Source of the DNA: Orbicella franksi
Lineage: Eukaryota
Length of the DNA stretch: 64,000 nt
Reading direction: 5' to 3'
Assembly (NCBI GenBank): GCA_964199315.1
Contig: OZ116706.1
Coordinates: 24,800,001-24,864,000 of the forward strand
The stretch's first letter is position 1. Each line of letters begins with the position of its first letter. Shown here one piece after another: positions 48,047-59,795 of this stretch. The notes below the pieces were generated by a model. That model had not been told where the DNA came from. It was given only the letters and a program-made list of their open reading frames with translations, and did not search any database. The position numbers and the translations under genes were made by a program.

Positions 48047-49069
48047 TATACTTGGGAGTGAAATCAATACTGGTTGGGAATACAGTGCATGCCACTCAAA
48101 GCCCAAGCAGTGTATTGTTTGCTTACACCATAAACTAGCTGTTAATATGATGCTTCCTAAAACAAAAGATTTATTTTGTTTTTCGTGCAACAAAAGATGT
48201 AAAGAAGATGCCGCAAGGAAAACTGAGTTTTTTGCATACATCATTTCTTGAAAATGAAGAGCAAACCAGTGCAAAAAAATAGGGTGATCTTTTTTCTATT
48301 AAATTGAAAACCACAAAAATTAAGGCACTTCTGAGGAAAAAAAATCATCCAAAACCAGCACTTAGCAAGGTTTTCAACCAGCTCCTTCAATTACTGCTCA
48401 TTACCTGAAGCCAATCCTGGGATTTCATTTGCCGAGATGTGAAAATGTTTGACGGTTGGTAACTAAATCCTACAGGTACTGTGACACTACTGGCCCTTTT
48501 GTTAGCTTCCACGATTCCATCTGGTGCAAAGCAAAATGTAACTGGTGTCTCAACTTCATTATCTTGCTTGGTCTTTTTACCTAAATGGTCTTTTTACCTA
48601 AATTGGTTTTCATGTTACTACCTTTTCCTTTCTTTTGCGAGAAAACGACAATGACCTAAATTATTTATTATCTACAGTCTACATTTTCAACACCTATAAT
48701 GCCACAAAGGTTGCTAGTTTTACTACTAACAAATAAATTTATAAAAACAATACCACAAAAATATTGCTATTACTGTCCTCTTATTTAGTCTTGTAAATCA
48801 AAACCAACAAGTTTACCACAAAAGTAGAAGAAAAGTTATCATTCTTAAATGAACTTAATTTATAAATTCCTGTTAACGGTGCCTTCATGAGAAATGGACC
48901 TACATTCAAAACAAGGAGAACAAGAGTTACCTCTTCATTCGACAATCCTCCAAAATTAATGATAGTTATTACAATCGTAGGAAAATGAACTCATACACCC
49001 CTTTCTGGTTTGTAAAAACCACTGTGCTTCTTTATTGCATGGCTTTGAGAGACTACACCATGTAACCTC

Positions 49070-52050
49070 TCAAACAATAGTGGGACACTGCATTGCTCTC
49101 AATGATTTCATTTGCTTCCTCTCTGGTGACAGAGGTCTACAAGGTGGAAACAGGGGCTGTCCCTTCACACTCGGCACCTGCTTCAGCGACAACATCATTT
49201 GAAAAAACCTCACTGCATTCGGCACTCTGTGCCACAGACCTTGTATCAAAACCCTCATCCACATCACCAGCAACCACTTGATCCTGTCTAGGAATAGAGG
49301 TCCACAAGGTCAAAATCAAGGCTGACCCTTCACACTCAGCACATTCTTCAGCACACAACATCGTTTGAAAGAACCTCACAGCACTCGACACTCTGCACCA
49401 AAGACCCTGTATCACAACCCTCGATCGCATCATTGGCAACCACTTGATCCTCTCTGGTCCACAAGGTCGAAATTGAGGCTGACCCTTCACATTCAACACC
49501 TGCTTCAGCAACATTGTTCAAAAGAACCTCGCTGCACTTGACACACTGCGCCACAGACCCTGTATCAAAACCCTCAACCTCATCACAGGCAACCACTTGA
49601 CCCAGTTCTGCACTGTCAACTGCCAGGACATTGCCTACATCTAGAATTTTAGCAGAATTTATGACCTTTGCCAAAATATCGGCACGTGGAACATTTTTAT
49701 TTTCCTTCAAATCCTCATCTTCATCATATTGCCACATTGGCCCGTGATTCAACAACACCCACTTGCAACCAAAATGGGCGAACATGGTTTCTTGCCAGAG
49801 AGCATAGTGCTCTTCTATCTTTAACTTGACAGCACTCTCACTATTGAAAAAACAAATGTTATAGTCAATCAGTCCAACTGACATCCTTTCTATATCCATT
49901 CTTTTCTCTGCAGTAACATTTGCCAATTGGTAAAGAATGTTTCTCTTCCAGCACTGTAAAGGGTAAGAATAACCTTGGTCACTTTTTCTAGGCTGTCACC
50001 ATAAATAAAGTGAACAACTTCTAATCTGTGATCTTGTTCAATCATAAGCTTAAACAGATGGGACACCAACTGCAGCTGCATCTTGTTGGACATTTGTCCT
50101 TTAAAGAGGCTAATGAAACGAGGAATTACTTCCCCTAAAGGAGATTCATTCCTCAGTCTCTTGACACTCGGGGATGCTCTAAAGAGTGGCAAAAGTGTAA
50201 ATGCTTCTTGCATTTGGGGCAACTGAGGCATGGTGGCTTGGACTGGTGGTTTGCTTTGAAAATAATTCACCGTATAAGTGTTTCAGGACCCTTGTCTTAC
50301 AGGACAAGTCTACAATTGTAAAAAAAAGGCAAAGTAAAATTACAGAGTGCCTTGAGCCAGACAAACAAAAAATGGATTCTCTTTTATTTAAGCATTTATT
50401 TATCTATTTGTTTATTTATGTATATGTTGGGGGCAGGCAAAGAATAAAAACATGTCACTAAACAATCAAATAGTACACTCTTCAAACTGAGTCAATAAGT
50501 AGAAAATTATGAAACCATGGATCACAGCCATTATTTGTTTGTCATGCAATGCTGTCATGGCATATGCTGCACATTTTGATCTATTTTCGTATAGAGCACT
50601 CAGGATAAGTGAAACAATTTATTCATTGTTCATGTGTTCATATATATGTCTGGATTTATGAAAATGGTGTTAAAGACTGAATCAAGTGTTTCTTGATTTA
50701 TTTGTTTTTTTCATTTTTTTTCTGCTTTCGTTGTGACAGCAGCTTGGAAATCTTACCTAGCATGAACTGTAGAAACTCCTTGACGCATGTTTAATTTATT
50801 TAGGTATTTTTTCATTATTTATCAACCCCCCCCACCTCCTTTTCAATTTGTGTCAGCAAAAATCTTTAGCCACATCAACTTAGGGTTTAGACGTGCAATG
50901 GACTAGACATCTCTAGCTGCTGTTGGCTTCATTTGCTCTGAACTTTGATGTAGCTAAAGGCTTAGAAAAAATCTGTCGAAATCTGGATGTGCCGTTCCAC
51001 GCTTGACAAAATTGAAGTACATCCGGGACATTGTTATTTGCGAGCAAAACATGGCCACGAGGAGAGAGAAGAACGTGAGTTCAAGCGCTGATTGTAAGTA
51101 GAATTTCCTTGTTTTATCAATTTTTAGCGTTCTCAGCTTAGCTAATTATCAGAACTGTCTGTGATTCGCTGGCGTGGAAGAGATTTATTTGCGTGGCTTC
51201 TGGGCGATAATTGACGTAACGACAACATGTTGAGTGTTTGCTTACTGCTAACTATGGCCTAGTCTGTTTGAGGTTCAATCGATTCTCGATGTAGGAAGCT
51301 CTTGTTCAGTCCATTTAGGACAATGCAGGCCTTTAGAAAGCGATAGATTAGCTCTCCACCGCGGTTTTGATATCTGTATGTTTGTGTTGATTTAGACTCC
51401 AATTTCATGTTGAAAGCACTCTTAATTAACTGGTACAATTCATGATTCAACGAAAAGACGGTGAATTCAATCTTCCTGGCCTCAAAAGGCATACAGGAGA
51501 GTTATTTGCTGCTTTTTGAGCTACGATATGCAAAATGGAAAGCTAGCTTTAGGACAGAATTGTATTAAGGTTATCAGTGACAGGTAAAATTCTATGGCTA
51601 TGTTTTTGTGAATCCGGTCAGATATTGAAATGAAATGTCACGTAACGACTACTTTTTGGCTGAAATATACAGGTAAATAACTGATTCCACTGCTTACCAT
51701 GCTCTTGTTAGCCCTGTTAGCATGATTGGCTAATTTAACCCACAGTAAAGACATAGTGAGGTCATTTAGGTGAAATTGCAGAGGTTAAGCCTGTCTAAAT
51801 TAGTGCTGTGGTAAATCAAATGATCAATTTAAGCTCTAATCTAACTTTGTTTGGCTCGTTCGACTCATTTGCAGTGACTTCAAAGGCTTGTATAGGCATG
51901 GTATGGACTCTATTAAGAGTAAACAAGGCAGATAGCACTCTGTGTACGACATGGCCATATTTGTGTACATTTTCTAATGATTTTCCAAAAACATGCCCAC
52001 TATTTTGGTGCAAAGTCTTTAACACGGTTTTCATGAATTCAGACATATAT
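49070..52050 (-). pseudogene. Uncharacterised TE-associated multi-exon ORF with three acidic/Cys-containing ~51-55 aa tandem repeats
   Basis: ORF pieces 51816-52046, 51259-51492, 49890-50270 and 49348-49926 (..RMSVGLIDY..YALWQETMFAHFGCKWVLLNHGPMW). Repeat units are anchored by caaccacttga at 49271, 49437 and 49590. Confidence 0.5.
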
Positions 52051-52069
52051 GTAATATGTGTATAAGCAG

Positions 52070-55000
52070 TGTAAATTTGGTATACCTAATGATGGAAAAG
52101 GTGTTGGCTATGACTTGTTGTGCCCCTTTCTTATACTTCACTTCAAATGACCATCGTTGGAGTCTCATGCGCATGGCTTGTAGTCACCGTGGAGCTTTGT
52201 TGAGAGGTTTCTTGAAGATACTCTCTAGTGGCTGATGATGCATTTGTACTGTGATATCTGACTTTCCATAAAGGAGACTGTCCCATTTGTCAAACGCCAA
52301 GCAGATAGCAAGACATTCCTTTTCAATCACAGCGTATCTCTGTTCAGTTTCTGTTAGAGTGTTGGAGTAAAATGCCACTGGTTAATCATTTTGCAAGAGC
52401 ACTCCACCAATCCCAACACCAGGTGCATCCACCTGAAGGGTTACAGGCTATTCTGGATTGAAATAGCACAAAACAGGGGCGTGAGCAATGAGTTCCTTAG
52501 ACTCACCAAAAGCTTTGTCATGTGAGTCAGTCCACTGGAAAGTGACATCTTTGTGGGTTAATTCTCTTAAAGGCTTGACCACGTCACTCCATTTTGGACA
52601 AAATCTTGTAAGGAAATTGAGCATACCCAAATTACGCTGAGCAGCACGTGGGTCTGCAGGTTTGGGCATGTTTGAGATAGCTTCCACCATGGTTGGAACT
52701 GGGCTAACCCCTTCAGGACTGAGCTGGAGTCCCATGAAGATCACCTTTTGAGTTTTGAACCTCCACTTGGCTAGGTTCAGTTTGAGTTTCACTTCTTCCA
52801 TTTGCTGCAGGAATTGTAAAGATTCTCATCGTGATCTTTCTCGGCCCCCTCCTGTGTTTGTCCACATCCATAAATAAGAACATCATCAGCAATGTTGCAG
52901 ATACCTTTCAATCCTGCAAGGGCTTCCTGCTGTCTTGCTTGGTACTCCTCAGGTCCACTGGAGACACTGTAGGGTAACCGAAGCCACCGGTACCTGCCAA
53001 AAGGTGTGTGGAATGTTGTGGCAATCTTGATTCGTGATCTAGAAGTATATTGACGAGATCAGACATCGCATCTGCAACTGGAAAACACTTTGCACCGTTC
53101 AGTTAGGGCAAAATGTCCTCGAAGCGAGGAATTGGATGCTTGGGGACTCTTATCGCCTTGTTAATGGTGTTTGATGGGTCCAAACAGATTCTAAATTTGT
53201 CCTTTGTCTCTCTAATTGTCATGTTACAGCACCAAGCTGTTGGCTCATACTGTCGGCAAATTTTCCCTTCGCTTTCCATCTTGTCTAACTGCCCTTTGAT
53301 TCTGGCATGTCTTGCTACTGGTTGCCGGTGGATGGCATCATGGACTGGAGTCACTGTCGGGTCTAAATCAAAAGAAACAGGCTTTCCAAACTGTCCCAAT
53401 CCTGTATGCACATCAGGAAATACTTTGAGAACCCACTCAAGAGTCATATTGGCAGGGCAGGATGGCAACGATGTGTTTGGATGCGGAACATCAAACATCC
53501 ACGGTGCTGGCGTCTCCCTGGCATGCGAGTTCTCAGTAAGGTGTTGTTGGCAGTTGTACTGGGGGCTCAGAGTGGGGTTTCTGAAGTGTTGCAGTGCCAC
53601 GTGATGTTCCAAGTGAATGAATTTCATCTGCACGGATCTTCACCAGTCCCAGCTTCACACAGTCCAAGCCAGACAGGAGGGGTGGCTTTCCTTGTATGTG
53701 CGAGTCTCTCAAAACATGGAATGTGAGGAGGTGGTACCCTGCTGTGCTTTCAGCTAGTAACTGCAGTTTACCCATGGGTGTGAGTCTAGAGTTGTCATAG
53801 GTGAATAAGGTGGCTTTACTAGGGGTGAGGTAGTTTGTGATCTTCTGCCCAATAGGAATTAATGATTAAGCATGTTTTTCTGGCAGTGTGTTGCAAGTGG
53901 AGGCAGTATTTAACTGCACTCTGATAGATTTGATTAGGTCCTTGGTCACACCTGGTTTCAAGTGGCTGAAGAACTTACGGCCCACCATGGCGCCATGAGG
54001 ATTTTGCAAAGTGCTGTAGACACTTTGAGCATACTTTTCTGGTTAGATATCCACCTCGAATAGGTCAGTTTCATACTCGTCCCCTAAACTGGCATCAAGA
54101 TGGTGTGCCAGGCTGGAGCTGGCTACAGGGGATGCTCCCATTCAACATGTGTGGGCAGTGTCCTATTCTCCCACAGCCCTTCCTAGAGCATCGCTTGTTT
54201 GAAGCTGGGCATACAGAGCAAGGGTGTGGAGGACCTGCACAATACTGATGGGTGTCAGTTTTGAATTGGCGCTTAGACAGATCTTGACCCCAGTTTTGCT
54301 CGGACTTTGGGGGTGTCTTTGTGCCTTTGTAGTTACCCTGACCCTGACCCCAGTTTTGCTCCGACTTTGAGGGCGACTTTGTGCCGGTGTAGTTTACTTG
54401 TTGTTTGGGGCCTTTAGCTTGCTGCATTATTGCTTTAGCCTTCTCACATTGCTCAAAGTTCTTAGCTACCTGTAACATTGTTTTAAATGAGACGATTTCT
54501 TACATTGTTTTATCTCTGTGGCCCTTATCTAGTAGTTTTACCATCAGTCTCTCGTTGTTGATCCCTGATATGAATTTATCTCTGGGTAACTGATCTTCAC
54601 ATTTAGCACAGTACTCAAGTCTCCTACCTTGTTGTTTAACTCTTCCTTCCCAGGCTGTGACAGATTCTTGGTCTTCCTGTTTCATTTGGTCGAAACTTTG
54701 TTCTTTCCTTTAGGACTCCTTTGCTAGCCATGAAGTGTTCCTGCAAGTGCTTGAGTATAATGTTCGGTTCTTTTGCTGCTTCCTCTGATAGTTGAAAGCT
54801 GTGTACAAGGTTTTCGAGTTCTTTGTTACCAGCAATGGCAGAACGGAAAGCTGCCAAAGCTTTTCCTTTTGAAAGCCACTTTGGCTCAACAGGCACAGGA
54901 TCCGCTCCTTCTTCTGTTGCTTCGGGTGGAGGCTCACTATCATACCATCCATTGAGCTCACACCAATCTTTGAATATCTAAATGAACTTTTCACAATTTC

Positions 55001-55274
55001 TTTGTGGATCTCCTGTGGTTGAAAACCTCAGGAGCATGACCACCGCGACTCCCTGTCCGGACGAAGACGCCATCGTCAGATTTATCTTCATTCCTGAGTT
55101 CTGGGGAGAGTGTTAAATCAATGCGAAGCACACTTCTGACACCATGTTGTGGCTGCACGAAAACATAAAGAAACCAAAGATGGATGCCACATTTTTATTA
55201 CGCCCCCTAAGGCATGCTGAGACCAACTATAACAATGCATGATGTAACAAGCTATGACAATGCATGATGTAACA
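52070..55274 (-). mobile_element. Gypsy LTR retrotransposon, 5' LTR through RNase H, 3'-truncated
   Basis: LTR 55274-55145 (TG..CA); PBS TGGTGTCAGAAGTG; gag (QLPRDKFISGI); RT (FRICLDP..INKAI, NIADDVLI); RNase H (TETEQRYAVIEKECLAI..HQPLESIFKKPLNKAPRRLQ). No integrase or second LTR. Confidence 0.9.
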
Positions 55275-55399
55275 AAATGCCTTATTTGCATTCTGTCAAC
55301 AACACACATACTGGTTTGTTTACCTATTTCAAGCACGCAAAAATAGGAATTACTTCTTACTACTTACCATTTCCTTCCAATTTAAGATCTTATCGTATT

Positions 55400-56666
55400 T
55401 GTTAGTGAATGTAGAAGTCTTTCCTTGAGTCTCATTTAAGAAAATCTATCCATATTTCTTTTTAACCTCCAAAAACGCATGGATTAATGAAGAATTAGTG
55501 GAAGACGGGCTGAAAATGGTTTGGAGCAAAGTCGGTGATTTGAGTTGCCAAAAGTCGATGCTTGCATGGGACTCATTTTGTGCACATCTGTCACAACCAA
55601 TTTAGAGGACACTGCAGTCACTGAACACAGAGTGTGCAGTTATTCCTGGAGGGAAGACAGGCTTACTCCAACCTCTTGATGTCTGCATCAACAAACCGTT
55701 CAAAGATCGCCTTAGAAGCAAGTGGCAGCAGTGGATGATATCTGGAGAACAAATCTTGACTGCTACCAACCGTATGTGTAAAGCTGAGTTGAATGTGATC
55801 TGCAACTGGATCAAGCAAGCATGGGATGATATTCCAACCGAGATGATTCAGAAATCTTTCCGCAAGTACTGTATCACTAATGCAATTGACGGAACCAAGG
55901 ATGATGAAGTATGGGAGCAGGAAAGTGAAGACCCTTTCGAGGACGTGGACGATGCAGGGCTGATTGACGGTGAGCTGTACTACGCTGATGCATACGAGAA
56001 GGAACAAGTAGGACTTGATCCAGCAACCTATGAAATGATGTTTGGAAGCAGTGATGATGAGGAGGACTTCTATGGCTTCTAATAGCTTTTTACAGCTGAA
56101 CATGAGTTTATTACACTTCATTCCAGAACTTTTCCGTTGACATGTAAATACCTGGTGGTTATTGCCTTTTTTTATATTACAATGTAAAGAAATTCTTATC
56201 TCTCAATTTTGTTTAACCATTGCAAGACAAGTTACAGAAACGGTGCTTTGTGTAATACCCACAAAACTCTTAAAAACATCGCGCTACTTCCGGTGTCAAG
56301 TTTTCCATCTTCCAATCCGATTGAATGCCTGGTTACTAAGCTACACACGTTCGACAAACACTCAAGCAAAAATCTATGGAAAAAACGGTGTTGAATGAAG
56401 AAATACCTGTCAACAAATTCCAGAAAAAGGTCAAACATATGTCAAAAATGGTGGAAACAATGTTCATTATATTAAAGAGCTAAAATTGTGGGTAAGATTT
56501 TGAAGTATTTTTCATTTCAATGTTAAAAGTGAGTTTACGTTCGATGAACAAGACTCCTAAAGGCTCGACTTTGGATTTCTTTCAAAAAACTTTTTTCCAA
56601 AATTCAAGTTGCTAAACTCAGGGTGCGGCTTATCTGTGAGTGGAGCTTATCTGCGGGTGTTTACGG
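55400..56666 (+). mobile_element. pogo-type transposon, 3' half
   Basis: AWINEELV..KSMLAWDSFCAHL..LQPLDVCINKPFKDRLRSKWQQW..NWIKQAWDDIPTEMIQKSF..NAIDGTKDD, an acidic tail, and a right TIR ..GGGTGTTTACGG followed by TA at 56667. Confidence 0.85.
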
Positions 56667-57163
56667 TATATTCACAAAGTACTTTTAAATGAATGAAATA
56701 CATTCCTTCGAAATTTAATTATTTTGCACCCAAAAAGACAACGCAACATTCCCTAAAATCAACCTAGTACACATTTAAACATGCACAAATTTAAGTGTTT
56801 TAAAGACAGAAGAATGATGTGGTTTTGCATGCAAGGCTCTCAAACTTGTTTAATAAAATGGTGCGTCAAATGACGATTTAATCGGAATTTAGTAATTTGC
56901 ATTTTTCTTTGAAATATATGGGTATTTGGCCAAAAAAACTATTCATGCCCTCGCCTATCTACCATAAAAATATGAGTGAAATTGAATTTTTGACCCTTGC
57001 CAAGTTATTTTCCATATTTATGGACAGGGACTCTTAAGATGATTTGGTGAGTGAGTATCGATTTTTATTGATTGAACCAATCAATAATCAATGGATTATT
57101 ATTGATGATATTGATTGCAATCAATGATTGATTTTCATTGATTGATACCACCAGGCACCCATT

Positions 57164-57825
57164 GTGCTAGGAGAGAATCAGCAACTCCATTTTGATAGTC
57201 TTCAAATTACAGATGAACAGTCAAAGGAATTTGAGCTTCAAACTAGGGAGCAATCATTCAGCAAAGACTGGTATCGGTTAAGGAAATTTCACCTCACTGC
57301 ATCAAATGTTAAAATTATTTACTCTAGGCAAAAAGATTTTGAAGCTCTTGCAACCAGATTGTTAAAGGGAAGAAAAATACAAACAGCTGCATGAAGTATG
57401 GTTTACAACATGAAGATGAAGTTGAACAGTTTTATGCTCAAAATTTTGGTGGGTCTGTTTTTAAAGTTGGTTTTGTGATTAACCCAAGAGTCCCTCATAT
57501 TGGCTGTAGTCCTGACAGGAGGGAGGGTATATGACCCTTCGGATAGTCCATCTTAGGGTCTGTTTCAAATTAAATAGTCCATGGCAGAAGAATACTTGAA
57601 AAAAAAATCCCACTACAGGAGTTTACTCCCTAAAATAGAGCCATCAGTATTACTTTCAGATCATGGGCTGTGTAGGGCTCACTGGTGAGGGGTGGTCTGA
57701 TTTTTTTTGTTCAGTGCAAAAAGGAATTTAAGAACGGATATATTATGAAGCTGAGTTTTTCTCAAATATGATGGAAAAACTTAATTTATTTTATTTCTGT
57801 TATTACCTGCCTGCATTAGTGGCTT
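57164..57825 (+). pseudogene. YqaJ/lambda-exonuclease-like (PD-(D/E)XK) domain, degraded
   Basis: QTREQSFSKDWYRLRKFHLTAS..MKYGLQHE..GFVINPRVPHIGCSPD..YYFQIMGCVGLTG..WSDF, with frameshifts. The 5' end is cut by an ATCGAT/ATTGAT-rich repeat at 57045-57155. Confidence 0.85.
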
Positions 57826-58289
57826 CAAAATAGTGAATCCTACAGCAATCAAAATACAATGGGTGGTTGCTAGTTGTTACCACATGTTAGTGTTTCACAT
57901 CAGACTTATGGTTGTGAAAAAATGTTATCTTCGATTAAGAATTATAAAGGGCATGTCACATACAGATTTTAACATTTTGAACAGTGTTAAGGATCACAGG
58001 GTCCAAAATCATTCAAAGAATTCGATGTTTGTCATAAAGTAAATACTATAGAAACTACGTCATAGTAGGAAGATAAATTAAAAATACAGCACTGTTGTCC
58101 ACAGGCTAACCCTGAAATTAAGGTCATTCCTCACATTTGCATTGTGTGTCCTTACTGCGCATAATTTATGGTGATAATTCCGTGGTACACAGATTTCCCC
58201 AAAACGACTTATATAGTCTGAAAGAGCATGATTTCTTCTACAAATTAGTGAAATAAAATTTTTGGGTAATTAGAATCATGAGCGCCATT

Positions 58290-58560
58290 TAATATCCACA
58301 CCCCCCTATGGATGAGCTGTTTTGTTTGGACAACCCTCAGAAAATCACTTTCACCCACGACCCCTCGGAAATATCTATGGATGAGCTTATTTTGATAGAT
58401 ACCCCTCAGAAATGTCTATGGATGAGGTTATTTTTCTTATATACCCCTCAGAAATGTCTATGGATGAAGTTATTTTTCTTATGTACCCCTCAGAAATGTC
58501 TATTTAAACAAAAATGAGTTCATTTTTCTATTATTCCCCTCTCAAGAGGCTGTATGGATT
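58290..58560. repeat. ~3.5 copies of a 42-bp tandem unit inside a MITE-like sequence
   Basis: acccctcagaaatgtctatggatgaggttatttttcttatat at 58360, 58401, 58443 and 58485. Confidence 0.85.
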
Positions 58561-59795
58561 GGTCCCCAATTTGTTAAAATAACATGTGCCAGTTACAGTA
58601 ACATGTACATAAACAATAAACACGTTACTTTTTTTATCAAGTTGCCTTGACAATAAGCAGAGTTGTAGGGATGATAACAAGATTATGCCATCTTAGGTTC
58701 CACTTCAGATTTCTTTACACAAAATTTTCTCTTGGTTTGTGCCGCCAGGCCTCCAGTACATATTAAGCAAAGCTCTGCACCCAGAAATGTATTTTTCGAA
58801 CAGAATTATTTGCCCAGTCTGTTTAAGAAGGTTTCAAACATTTCTTCCAAATCTAACTCTGCAATATTATACATGTTTCACACTTCCTTTCCCATGGGGA
58901 GGGGGAACGTTCATAAAAAATTGATAGGGGTGTTGTCAGAAATTTTTTGGGGGGATTCCCTAGAAGGTATAGAATACCACAATCTTGATTTACGGGCTTG
59001 GTTCAAATTCACTCTCTCCACTAAAAGATACTTAATTTCGGAGAGTAGCTCCTGTCATAGTTATTTTCACATTAATACCCTAGCTAGAAGATACTGAAAT
59101 TACTCAATAGTGTTAATTTCGAACCAACACAATTAAGTTTAACCCTTAATATAATTTATATATAGTGGGTACGATGAGCCCCCATGCCTCTTTTATGAGA
59201 GTTCCTCATGCTCCTTACAACACCAACAATATTATGATAATATATTGTGGAATGCCTCACCCATGTGTAATGCTTATTTCCACTGTAGATAAAAAAAAAA
59301 AAACAAAACTACTTTGATTGCTCCACTATTTTAAATAGCAAAGCAAATCAGGGCATATGGAAGAATATATATTCATCAAGCTGTATAACATTCATTTCAC
59401 TTGTGTACTAGTATGTCACAAAAAAATGCACTTAGCTCAAAGCAAGTTTAAGGGTATCACTCCAATGAAACAGGCGGGGTGGGGAGTTGTGCACCATTTC
59501 CCTTTTTTTTTCTTTCAGATGCAGGATTTTTTTCAGGTTAATGTACCCAAACCCCACACCCTACCCTCTCTAGCCATTTTTCCTGATCACATTACGGACG
59601 TACCACGTAACCCAATTTGGAAAGCTTCATGTGATAGTCATTTGAGTTTCAAACGAACTAAAATTGCACTAATGTTGAACTGATCAGAAGGCTTGTTTTT
59701 GGCTCTTTTCACTCTGTCCAAGGTTAAATGGTCTGTATCGCAGTTATCATATTGTTTGGAGGACACAAGCTACATATAGAAGGCTATCAAAACAG

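Larger units (their letters stand above)
42740..48590 (-). mobile_element. Intron-containing CACTA/EnSpm-like transposase, C-terminal half (DUF4218-like), pseudogenised
   Basis: Exons in order: ..VTVPVGFSYQPSNIFTSRQMKSQDWLQ (ends 48405); FLKSNIFK*CIFGLLPQPQEATLCRFLDAISMLLREEQSVLRL (from 46722) [Gypsy insertion] ESLDLELNEAMALMERDFPCIIQ (ends 44960); NISLHLLHHVVEGIWVTGPVQGMWMFSYE (from 44341); RFKLWIARRVTSRRYPEATVMETY (ends 43390); NYEWCYYMKISG.. (~43056). Confidence 0.82.

Noticed and set aside
56670-57043. Kolobok terminus (TTAA flank) linked to the YqaJ gene
   Set aside because: Only one TTAA-bounded end was seen, with no partner TIR or transposase.
58600-59100. Minus-strand coding-like relic (LDLEEMFETFLNRLGK..ELCLMYW)
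   Set aside because: Too decayed and unassignable to support as a feature.
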